A stretch of DNA of 64,000 nt from a bacterium (GTDB lineage: Bacteria; UBA8248; JACPRG01; G963555815). The translations under genes and the position numbers were made by a program. Numbering within the stretch: the first letter of the stretch is position 1; each line of letters opens with the position of its first letter. Shown one piece after another: positions 38,839 to 47,996 of the stretch. The notes beneath the pieces are model-generated. The model was not told the DNA's origin, did no database searches, and worked only from the letters and a program-made list of their open reading frames with translations. The DNA lies in NCBI GenBank assembly GCA_965218795.1, contig OZ244653.1, positions 3,488,001-3,552,000 of the forward strand. The letters are read 5' to 3'.

Positions 38839-39751
38839 ATCACTCCGGTTGTCCCCAATCGAGGACGGGCTACCGAATCTTGCGTCCAGAATATCCCTCG
38901 TTTAGCGCGGACACAAACGACGACAGTCTGATGGAAGTCCTCTTCTTCAAGAACGCTTCATCCGCCGTTCAACGGCCCTCTCCAAAGAATGACTGCGCCC
39001 TCGGGGAGTCGTTCCGGGCGTACAATGGTTTTTTGTGACAATTTGCCGCAGAGATATCCGAATCTCTATTGAAGGAGAGGATTACGTTACAAAAAATTTC
39101 CGTCAAAATGGAATCAAGGCCGGCCTCGATGTCTACGTAAACGGGAGAAAGCCCTTTCCTGGAAGAATCGATAAACGGGTTCAAGGCTTTTCCAGGATGC
39201 CGCGAGATTTCGGTCCCTGCGTTCCAACTCCCAGCGGATTGAGAGATGGGCCCTCCAAATGCTTGGGATACCTTTGCGGTTCCGTTTCCACCAATCGAGC
39301 GCCCTGTCCTCACCGCGCATTCCGATGGTTCCACCGAGCCTTCCCCGGACTTTCCTCTCGGTCCACAGTAAATGGCATTGAAGAGAGACTGCGACTCACG
39401 GGCATGGCCGGCTTCGAGATTGGCAAGCAGGAGACAAAGCGGACTCAATATGACGGCTGCCAGGAATCGCATGACATCATGTTCTCGGCTGATATAGACA
39501 ATCAAAAGACACCATCGGTCGAAAGAATTGACAGGAGGGAATCGACGTTTGCCCTGAATCAGAGGGGGTTGCTTGACACTCCACAATATCTTGTGTTCTT
39601 TTATCAACGAAATATCAACATGCTGTGGAAAACTATTTATTTTGTCTAGTCCTGGGCTGTGGGTCAGGGCTATGGCCAAGTCGAAAATCGCTTATCCCGA
39701 TGAAGGGACGATTGGCCTGGAAAAAGAGGGAAAGAGGGGCGGAGGGAAGTC

Positions 39752-40306
39752 ATGAGTATCAAGTCCGACCGCTGGATCAAGCGGATGGCCGAAAAGCACG
39801 GCATGATCGAACCATTCGTATCGGGACAGGTTCGTGCCGGGGCTATCTCATACGGCTTGTCGTCTTACGGTTACGATATCCGGGTTGCAAAAGAGTTCAA
39901 GGTATTTACGAATACCAATGGCTCGATCGTCGATCCGAAGGCCTTTGACGAACAGGCGTTTATTGACCGGCAGGGATATCATTGCATCATCCCCCCAATT
40001 CGTTCGCCCTGGCCCGGACGGTCGAGCGTTTCAGGATCCCCCGGAATATCCTGACGCTCTGCGTTGGGAAATCCACGTACGCCCGTTGCGGGATTATCGT
40101 CAACGTCACCCCTTTTGAGCCCGAATGGGAGGGTTACGTCACGCTGGAGATCTCAAATACCACTCCCTTACCCGCGAAGATTCATGCCAACGAGGGGATC
40201 GCCCAGGTTCTCTTCCTTCGAAAGTGATGAGGTCTGCGAGATATCTTACGCCGACAGGAAGGGCAAGTGTCAGGCGCAGGTCGGCGTCACGCCTCCGAAA
40301 ATGTAA
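39752..40306 (+). pseudogene. dcd: dCTP deaminase with two frameshifts
   Basis: [13 protein letters not shown] / [10 protein letters not shown]...GKSTYARCG...PFEPEWEG...ANEGIAQ / [16 protein letters not shown] are spread over frames, with shifts at ~39995 and ~40216. Confidence 0.9.
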
Positions 40307-40330
40307 GGGGAGATTTAGGAGGAGAGCATT

Positions 40331-40588
40331 TCCAGGAGGGCTTTTTTTGAAAAGCCGCCCCCCTGGACCCCTGGAAAAACTTCATCTCGCGAAGACTGCC
40401 CGCGCCTCAGCGCGGGCAGTCTTCGCCGCAGCCATCTAGCCCCGCCAAAGATGAGGCAACGTGCCTGCGCGATTTCGTGGCGTCCTATTGGGTAAAAAGA
40501 GTTGTTGCGAAGGCGTGCGAAGCACGCCTTCGCGAAACAAAAGTTTTCCAGGGGGTTTGGGGGCCGGCTTTCAAAAAGGCCCCCCAAA
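40331..40588. repeat. Composite element: outward-facing modules at 40331..40426 (-) and 40507..40588 (+)
   Basis: 17-bp stem GCGAAGACTGCCCGCGC/GCGCGGGCAGTCTTCGC. GCGAAGGCGTGCGAAGCACGCCTTCGC + GAAACAAAAGTTTTCC + hairpin. Lies between convergent genes. Confidence 0.9.
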
Positions 40589-40596
40589 GATGAAGT

Positions 40597-40980
40597 TCAG
40601 GTTTCCAACTGGTCCAAAGCCTCGTTGATCGCATCCTCGGCCAGGTCGCCGGCGTGGATTTTGTGCTTGGGCAGACCGCCCAGGCCCCCGGCGATGTCCT
40701 GTGCAGTGATTCCCCGGGCATCCTCCACCGTCTTCCCCTTCGCCAATTCGGTCAGCAGGGAGCTGGCCGCAAGGGCCGCCGCGCAACCGTAGGCCTTGAA
40801 CCTGGCGTCGGTAATTCGGCCGTCCTCAACCTTCAGGGAAAGCTTCAGCTCGTCCCCGCAGACCGGATTGCTCACCTCCGCGAACGCGTCCGGGTTTTCC
40901 ATTGCCCCGGCGTTTCGCGGGTTGGTCAAATGGTCGATGAACTCCGGGCTCCGAAGGTTTTCGTTGTCTTTGGTCGGCAT
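40597..40980 (-). CDS. IscU/NifU-N-type Fe-S scaffold
   Basis: DHLTNPRNAG, NPVCGD, FKAYGC, LGGLPKHKIH. Confidence 0.9.
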   Translation of the reverse strand: MPTKDNENLRSPEFIDHLTNPRNAGAMENPDAFAEVSNPVCGDELKLSLKVEDGRITDARFKAYGCAAALAASSLLTELAKGKTVEDARGITAQDIAGGLGGLPKHKIHAGDLAEDAINEALDQLET

Positions 40981-41058
40981 GAGTAAAACTCGACGTTCAG
41001 CGGGTCAGTGAAAGATGCCGGGGCGCTTCAAGGTGAAAAGATTCGGAACAAGCCGGAG

Positions 41059-42234
41059 TCAGGGCCTCACCTTCTCCTCTTCCCACTTTCCGGAGATGGC
41101 CCGGAGGCGGGCGACGATATCGGGCAGGACCTCGACGATGTAATCGACGTCTTCCTCGGTATTGCCGTACCCGAGGCTGAAACGGAGGGAACCTTCGATC
41201 ATGTCCTTCGGAATGCCCATGGCCAGCAGGACGTGAGAGGGATCCGTATTGCCGCTGGCGCAGGCGGAGCCTGTGGATACGGCGACTCCGGCAAGGTCCA
41301 GGTTGATGAGCAGCGGCTCCCCGCCCACCGCGCGGAAGCTCATGTTGAGAGTCCCCGGCAGTCTTCTTGCGGGGTCGCCGTTGACCTCCGCCTCCGGGGT
41401 CCGTTCCTGCAGCCCTTCCTGAAGACGGTCTCGAAGGCGGGTCGCTCTCGGGGTTTCTTGAGCCATCTCATTCATGGCCAGTTCGCAGGCCTTGCCGAGC
41501 GCGACGATGCCGGCGACGTTCTCGGTGCCCGAGCGGCGGTTACGCTCTTGGTGTCCCCCATAAATGAGCGCATCCATGCTCGTTCCCTCGCGGATGTAGA
41601 TGGCGCCGATCCCCTTCGGAGCGTTGAGCTTGTGCCCCGAAAGGGCGAGAAGGTCGATGTTCATCGCGTTGACGTCGATGGGGATCTTGCCAGCGGTCTG
41701 AACGGCGTCGGTATGGAAAACCGTCCCTCGCGCTTTCGCGATGGCGCCGATCTCGGCAACGGGCTGGACGGAGCCGGACTCATTATTCCCGTGCATCACG
41801 CTGACGATGACCGTATCGTCCCGAATGGCCTTGCCGACATCTTCCGGGTCGATCACCCCCGACCGGCCGACGGGGACGTACGTGACCTCGACGCCCCTCG
41901 TTTCCAGGTATTTGCAGGTTTCCAGGACCCCGGGATGCTCAATGGTCGTTGTCACGACGTGCCGGCCTTTGGCCTCGTTGGCCGCGAGAACACCCCGGAT
42001 GGCCATGTTGTCGGATTCCGTTCCGCAACCCGTGAAGACGATCTCCCTGGCCCGGCCCCCCAGCAGCGCGGCCGTCCGCTCCCGGGCTTCCTCGACGGCC
42101 ACCCGGGCATCCTGGCCTTCGGCGTGAACGCTCGAGGGATTGGCGTAGCGGTCCTGATAATAGGGCAGCAGGGCTTCCAGCACCTCCGGCCGGACAGGGG
42201 TCGTCGCGTTGTGGTCCATATAGATCCGGCGCAA
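41059..42234 (-). CDS. iscS: Group I cysteine desulfurase (IscS/NifS)
   Basis: YMDHNATTP, ANPSS, HTDAVQ, SGHK, RSGTEN and STGSACAS (catalytic Cys). Confidence 0.93.
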   Translation of the reverse strand: MRRIYMDHNATTPVRPEVLEALLPYYQDRYANPSSVHAEGQDARVAVEEARERTAALLGGRAREIVFTGCGTESDNMAIRGVLAANEAKGRHVVTTTIEHPGVLETCKYLETRGVEVTYVPVGRSGVIDPEDVGKAIRDDTVIVSVMHGNNESGSVQPVAEIGAIAKARGTVFHTDAVQTAGKIPIDVNAMNIDLLALSGHKLNAPKGIGAIYIREGTSMDALIYGGHQERNRRSGTENVAGIVALGKACELAMNEMAQETPRATRLRDRLQEGLQERTPEAEVNGDPARRLPGTLNMSFRAVGGEPLLINLDLAGVAVSTGSACASGNTDPSHVLLAMGIPKDMIEGSLRFSLGYGNTEEDVDYIVEVLPDIVARLRAISGKWEEEKVRP

Positions 42235-42364
42235 GATGAATCACTCCCTTTGGTTTCCACCCTGACCATTCATTATCTGCCCGGCCCCATAGACCGTCAA
42301 CTTGGGTTGATGAATCGCATGACTCGCTCGCTGCATTGCTGATTCCATATGGCACTGGAGGTTT

Positions 42365-43426
42365 TCACTCGGAGAGGTCGTCCGGGGAACCCGGAGATGG
42401 AACCCGGCGTCTGAAGAAAGCTCCCCCGCCCGGGTCAAAGCGCGCGGGGAGGATGAAAAAGAGCCCGCCGCACAAGCGGAGAATGGTGGCCAGGGCAAAT
42501 TCCGTCACCGCGACGCTCAACATGATTTCCGGCGGGATCCCCAACGGCTGGGACAGGGAGACATAGGTCAGGTCCCGGACCCCGAGACCCGTGATGCTGA
42601 TGGGTAATCCGGATGCCGTCATGGCCACCGGGATCAGTGCCAGAAAGAAGCCGAATCCCGTCTCCGCGCCGAGCCCTCGCGCCAAGACGAAGACAGCCAG
42701 GATGTTGAACAAGTGGCCGACCGTGGATACGCCTAATACCCACGGAAGGTTTCGCGGGTGTCGTATCAGAAGGAAGAGGTTCTCCTGTAATCCCTGGAGA
42801 GTCTTCTTGATCCTGGGTCGTCGCAGGAGGGGAAGCCGGGTCAGGTCTTCGGTCACCCGTTGGGTGCTGAGAAGGCCCAAACCCCCGATGAGCAGGATGT
42901 AGAAGATGCCGGTATCGATCAACAGGTCCACCGCTTCAGGCCGCAGTAATGCCCCCCTGAAGATGATCCAGGCCAGAAAGACGTTGAGGATTTGCCCGAT
43001 CATCCCCGCAACCCGGTCGACGGCGACGGTGGCGAAGGCCGCGTTCACCCGCCGATCCCGGCGGGAGACCGCCCAAATCCGCCAGGCGTCCGCACCCAAT
43101 GTTCCGGGTACGAGTAAATGGAAAATGCCGGATGCCCATTGGATCCGGAAGGTTTTCCAAAACGAAAGAGGGCTTTCCCGCGAACGGAGAAGAATCCAAA
43201 ACCTCGCACTGCGCAGCAGGATGAGGGCGAGAAAGAGAAAAATGAAGGCGAGAAGCAACAATTCCCAATCGAGGCGCGACAGTGTTGTCTGAAATTTATC
43301 CAGACCCACCCAGCGAAGGACCAGAGCCAGAATGATCAGACTCACCCCGGCCCGAACCCACGGGATCCATTTGCCTTTTCGCCGTGAATCGGCGGGGGCG
43401 GATGGGTCTTGTCGGTGGTTTGCCAA
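42365..43426 (-). CDS. LPG-synthase TM-domain (UPF0104) flippase-like membrane protein
   Basis: VPGTLGADAWR, VAVDRVAG and LPISITGLGVRD. Confidence 0.82.
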   Translation of the reverse strand: MANHRQDPSAPADSRRKGKWIPWVRAGVSLIILALVLRWVGLDKFQTTLSRLDWELLLLAFIFLFLALILLRSARFWILLRSRESPLSFWKTFRIQWASGIFHLLVPGTLGADAWRIWAVSRRDRRVNAAFATVAVDRVAGMIGQILNVFLAWIIFRGALLRPEAVDLLIDTGIFYILLIGGLGLLSTQRVTEDLTRLPLLRRPRIKKTLQGLQENLFLLIRHPRNLPWVLGVSTVGHLFNILAVFVLARGLGAETGFGFFLALIPVAMTASGLPISITGLGVRDLTYVSLSQPLGIPPEIMLSVAVTEFALATILRLCGGLFFILPARFDPGGGAFFRRRVPSPGSPDDLSE

Positions 43427-43651
43427 AACACTTCTCTCAGTGGCGGGCTGCTTCAGGCAAACGGCTTACAGTACCATAACGCCTCGAGGCCGGGTTTGCT
43501 CTCCTTCGGAATCTTTGATAAACCCATGGCCCTGAAACGGCTTGGGTTCGGTCTCTCCTGTTCCCGTATTCTCGGTCATTCCTTTATGAATAGCGACGGA
43601 ACCAACGCGGATTGCCTTCCCCGGATCCGCAAATACACGGGATGCTTATCT

Positions 43652-43729
43652 GCGACGGCGTGCGAGGCACGCCATCGCGAAACAAAAGTTTTCCGGGGTG
43701 GGGTGCCGGCTTTCAAAAAGGTCCCCCAA
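43652..43729 (+). repeat. Single hairpin-linker-hairpin module
   Basis: GCGACGGCGTGCGAGGCACGCCATCGC + GAAACAAAAGTTTTCC + GGCTTTCAAAAAGGTCCCCC; close to 40507..40588. Confidence 0.85.
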
Positions 43730-43819
43730 GAGATTCAATCATTTTCCAAGGCGCGTTGCCTCCAGAATGCGCCCCCCCGCATGTTGTCAAATGTCAATCG
43801 CTCGGATGAATAGCATAGA

Positions 43820-44095
43820 ATGAAACCCGACTGGACCGACCTGGACTTTGTTCTTCACGCGATGGAAGAGGCCTGCCGCAAACTGGGCGTGGAGATTCGC
43901 TATGAGGATTTCTCTTCCGATGAAATCCGCCCGGTTTCCGGCCGCTGCAGGCTGTTGGGCGACGATCTGATTTTGGTCGACCGGGGGCTGAGTGCCGCGG
44001 AGCGCATCCGCGCCCTGCGGGGGGCCATGGAGGGGCTGAACGTGGAGGAGATTTATCTCCCTCCCGCTGTGCGCGAGATCCTGGAGTCGAACTGA
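43820..44095 (+). CDS. Small hypothetical protein
   Basis: KLGVEIRYE, SGRCRL and IYLPPAVREIL; stop overlaps the next start (TGATG). Confidence 0.75.
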   Translation: MKPDWTDLDFVLHAMEEACRKLGVEIRYEDFSSDEIRPVSGRCRLLGDDLILVDRGLSAAERIRALRGAMEGLNVEEIYLPPAVREILESN

Positions 44096-44826
44096 TGCCC
44101 AAGCCGCGTATCGGCATCACCTGCGAGCGGGAAGAGCGCGATTCCATCCGATCCTTTGCCCTGGTTCGCGAGGACTATGCCTCCGCCGTGACGGAGTTCG
44201 GCGGCATCCCGCTGCTTGTGCCGGTCCTGCCCGAGGAAGACCCGGACCCGGAGATCCTCGAGTCCCTCGACGGTTTGATGGTTACGGGAAGCGGATTCGA
44301 TCTGCATCCCCGGTGGTTCGGGGAGCGTCCTCACCCCAAGCTGGGTCCGCTCAACAATGCCCGGTTCGATTACGAGATCGAGCTGCTCAAGATCGCCCTG
44401 GAACGGCCTGTCCCCATCCTAGCGATATGCGGCGGGTGTCAGGCGATGAACGTGGCCGCCGGCGGAACGCTCTATCAGGACATCGGTTCCCAGCTTCCCG
44501 GCTCGCTCCGTCACAAGGCGCCGCGTTCCGTTCGCCACGGGGTCCAGATTGTCCGGGGGGCTCGGCTCGCGAAGATCTTCCGGGGTCTCACCGGCCGGGT
44601 GAACACCAGCCATCATCAGGCGATTCGGGACACGGCCCCGGATTTTTCCGTCGCTGCCCGCGCAAGAGACGGTGTTATCGAGGCCATCGAGAAAAAGGGC
44701 CCCTCTTTCATCGTGGGTGTCCAGTGGCATCCGGAGATCATGTACCGGAAAGACCGGGACGCCGCCTCGCTCCTCTCGGCCTTCCTCCGGGTCGCGAAGT
44801 CTTTTTCAACGGAAAAACGGAAATAG
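44095..44826 (+). CDS. Peptidase C26 / gamma-glutamyl-GABA hydrolase-like amidotransferase
   Basis: PILAICGGCQAMNV, VNTSHHQA, DGVIEAIE and GVQWHPE. Confidence 0.92.
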   Translation: MPKPRIGITCEREERDSIRSFALVREDYASAVTEFGGIPLLVPVLPEEDPDPEILESLDGLMVTGSGFDLHPRWFGERPHPKLGPLNNARFDYEIELLKIALERPVPILAICGGCQAMNVAAGGTLYQDIGSQLPGSLRHKAPRSVRHGVQIVRGARLAKIFRGLTGRVNTSHHQAIRDTAPDFSVAARARDGVIEAIEKKGPSFIVGVQWHPEIMYRKDRDAASLLSAFLRVAKSFSTEKRK

Positions 44827-44844
44827 AACGATTTCGCGTACGAT

Positions 44845-45571
44845 TCAATTTTTTCGGGCCAGGGTGATCAGCGAAGCGCCTATCGGGAGGTTGGAAATGC
44901 GCAGCCAATTCGCTTCCAGGGCGGACAGGCCGATCAGCATTCGGTTGACGGAGGGGGGCACGTCATAAAAATCGTCCCCAAGCAAATCTTCGGCCGTCTT
45001 CAGCCATCGTAACGCAGGCCGGAGGGTTGCCATGACCGGATACAGGTAAGAGTAAGGTATAGCTCAGCCGGTGCACACGGAAACCGGAATCCGAGAGCTT
45101 CGTTTGCAGTTCGGATTTGCGGTAGCGTCTCTGGTGATGACAGAGCTCGTCGTGAGGTCCCCAGAGGTGCGGGTGCGCGGGAACCGTGACGATGAGCCGG
45201 CCGCCGGGTGCGAGGACGCGCTGCCATTCCGAGAGGGCCTTCCGGTCTTCGGGCAGGTGTTCGAGCACCGTCTGAAGCGATCAGCGTGTTGAACACCCCG
45301 TCCCGGAACGGAAGATCCATGACGGAGGCGAGAGCCAGACCGCATTGGAAACCCGTTTCCGGCTGTTCGCCACCGCTACTCCCGAGACATCGATTCCAAA
45401 GGACGAATCCGCCTGCCGGGCGACCTGCTGAAACAGGGCACCGGTGCCGCAGCCCAGATCCAGCAACCTCCCTCCCGACCCTGCAAGCTCCTGCACCAAG
45501 CGGTTCTTTCCCACGTACCACCAGTAGGTGTCCTCAATTTCGGAAATTTTCTGTTCGAATTTCGGGTCCAA
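44845..45571 (-). pseudogene. Class I SAM methyltransferase with about three frameshifts
   Basis: LLDLGCGTG / DLPFRDGVF / VLEHL...LAPGGRLIVTVPA...HHQRRY / LPIGASL lie in successive frames. Confidence 0.8.
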
Positions 45572-45972
45572 ATTCCGGAAACGTCTTTATGACAAGCGAT
45601 TTCGAAATCGGCCGGGAGCTCGGGGCACCCACCCTCTGATAAATGCCGATTTTAATATGCTTCAGGTGGATCGACAAGGTTTGCTTTGGGTGTGATCGAT
45701 TGGTGATCTGATGACCGAACATGGGTCGTTGAGACACAATGGCAGGTCACGAATGGGAGGGCTCGCTGCCCTGCGGCGGGTCGCCGGCAATCGGGAAGAG
45801 GCAAGATTCGGCCTTGCGGCCACCTGATGGATCGGGGAGTTGGAGACCTTCCCTTTTTCGCCCCGAGATCCTCACCTTCCGGGATATAATCCCTTGTTCT
45901 CGAATTGTAAGTGGGGTATGATAATAATTTGAATTCTTGTGCCTTGAGGCCGATGGGAAGTAAAGATTCGGG

Positions 45973-47922
45973 ATGTGCGGGATCTGTGGAAAAGCGGTCT
46001 TTGGAAACGGCGGACACGAGGGCGTAACAGAGCCGCTCCTGCGCGCGATGTCTCGTCGGATGGTTCACCGGGGACCCGACGGCGAGGGAACGATGCTTCG
46101 GCATTACCCGGATTTGTCTGTCGGTCTGGGCCATCGAAGGCTCAGCATCATCGACCTGAGCGACGCCGGCTCGCAGCCCATGTCCAATGAGGACGGCACG
46201 ATCTGGGTGGTCCTGAACGGCGAGATCTACAACTTCGTCGAGCACCGCCCGATTCTGGAATCCAAGGGGCACCGTTTCCGCTCCCGCACCGACACCGAGG
46301 TCATCCTCCACCTTTATGAGGAACACGGCGAATCCTTTGTGGATCACCTGCGAGGGATGTTCGCCATCGCCATCTGGGACGAGCCGAACCAACGCCTTGT
46401 CCTGGCGCGGGATCGCCTTGGGCAAAAACCGCTTTTCTACTCCGAGTCGGGTGGGACGTTCCGGTTTGCTTCCGAGATCAACAGCCTGCTTGAAGACCCG
46501 GACCTGGATCGGGAGCTGAACTTCAACGCCCTGGTCGATTTCCTTACGGTTTCCTATATCCCCGCGCCTTCGTCCATTTTCCGCAAGGTCCGAAAGCTTC
46601 CTCCCGGCCATCGGCTGGTGTGGGAAAAAGGGAGGAGCCGAATCGAGCGGTATTGGGCCCCTCGGGTCGGGGAAAAATGGGTGGCGACGAAGGAGGAATA
46701 CGCCGAAGGCATACGCGAGCGAGTGGAGGAGTGCACGAAGCTTCGCCTGGTCAGCGACGTACCGCTGGGCGCGTTGCTGAGCGGTGGAATCGATTCCAGC
46801 GTGGTCGTCGCGACAATGGCAGGTCTCATGGATCAGCCGGTGAAGACCTATTCCATCGGCTTCGATGTCGCAATCTTCAACGAACTGGAATTCGCGCGGG
46901 CCATCGCCGAGAAATACGGGACGGACCACGAAGAGTTCATCGTTCGGCCCAACGCCATCGAGATCCTGCCGCGCCTGGTCTGGCATTTCGGCGAGCCCTT
47001 CGGCGACTCCTCCGCCCTGCCGACTTTTTATCTGTCGGAGATGACCCGCCGGCACGTGACCGTGGCCTTGAACGGGGATGCGGGCGACGAAACCTTTGGC
47101 GGCTATGAGCGCTACGTCGCGACGGGGCTGGGCGTCCGTCTCGATCGTCTTCCGCTGGGTCTGCGCCGCGCCCTCCGGACCGTGCTTCGGGGATTGCTCG
47201 GCAATCCACTGCACGAAAAGGGGGTGCGTCGGAGGTTGCGCCGGTTCTCCGACACGCTGCTTCTTGCCCCCCGGGACCGGTACTTCCGGTGGGTATCCGT
47301 GCTTCAGAAGGAGATGCGGCACCGGCTGCTCTCCGGGAGCCTGGAGGCTTCGTCCAACGGAGCGGGGGAGCATCCGCTTCAAGAGATCTTCTCCCGTGTC
47401 CGGGACGACTGGCGGGTGGAGGACCCGGTGGAGAGGGTCATGACCCTGGATCTGGAGAGCTACCTGCCCTATGACCTGCTGGTCAAAATGGACATCATGA
47501 CGATGGCCCACAGCCTGGAAGCCCGTTCCCCGTTTCTCGATCACAAGTTCGTCGAGATGGCCGCTTCAATTCCGGTCCACATGAAAATCCGCCGGGGAAA
47601 GACCAAGTATATCCTTCGCGAGGCGTATGCCGGGGTTGTACCGGAGCGCGTTCTGGGACGGGGGAAAATGGGCTTCGGCGTCCCGCTGGCGCGATGGTTC
47701 CAGGGGGAGCTCCGCGAATACATGCGCGAGATTCTGCTGGACCCCGCCTCTCTCCGTCGTGGATATTTCCAGGAGGAGGCCTTGACCGGCCTGCTGAATG
47801 ACCATGTCGAGGAGCGGGAGGATCACGGGTTCCTGATTTGGAACCTGCTGGTCCTGGAGCTGTGGCACCGAACGGTTCTGGAGGGCCAGGGGAAGCCCGA
47901 TTCGGCTTCTATCGCCGCCTAG
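45973..47922 (+). CDS. asnB: Asparagine synthase-type glutamine amidotransferase (glycan-cluster type)
   Basis: MCGICG, HRGPD, RRLSIIDL, LSGGIDSS, GDAGDETFGGY and LEARSPFLD. Confidence 0.93.
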   Translation: MCGICGKAVFGNGGHEGVTEPLLRAMSRRMVHRGPDGEGTMLRHYPDLSVGLGHRRLSIIDLSDAGSQPMSNEDGTIWVVLNGEIYNFVEHRPILESKGHRFRSRTDTEVILHLYEEHGESFVDHLRGMFAIAIWDEPNQRLVLARDRLGQKPLFYSESGGTFRFASEINSLLEDPDLDRELNFNALVDFLTVSYIPAPSSIFRKVRKLPPGHRLVWEKGRSRIERYWAPRVGEKWVATKEEYAEGIRERVEECTKLRLVSDVPLGALLSGGIDSSVVVATMAGLMDQPVKTYSIGFDVAIFNELEFARAIAEKYGTDHEEFIVRPNAIEILPRLVWHFGEPFGDSSALPTFYLSEMTRRHVTVALNGDAGDETFGGYERYVATGLGVRLDRLPLGLRRALRTVLRGLLGNPLHEKGVRRRLRRFSDTLLLAPRDRYFRWVSVLQKEMRHRLLSGSLEASSNGAGEHPLQEIFSRVRDDWRVEDPVERVMTLDLESYLPYDLLVKMDIMTMAHSLEARSPFLDHKFVEMAASIPVHMKIRRGKTKYILREAYAGVVPERVLGRGKMGFGVPLARWFQGELREYMREILLDPASLRRGYFQEEALTGLLNDHVEEREDHGFLIWNLLVLELWHRTVLEGQGKPDSASIAA

Positions 47923-47996
47923 CGGAGAGAGAGGACCCTTTCGCGGGCGGAATGAAGCACTCGAACCGGATGCCGTGGCTGGCGGTCTGAATTCTG

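Noticed and set aside
1824-43729. Repeats as a CRISPR array
   Set aside because: Copies are dispersed, not regularly spaced repeat-spacer units, and no cas genes are present.
45740-45855. Cobalamin riboswitch (GGGAAG...GAGTTGGAGACCTTCC)
   Set aside because: Only partial 3' resemblance; the core AGGGAA-GGTG-ACTG elements are missing and the downstream gene is unrelated.
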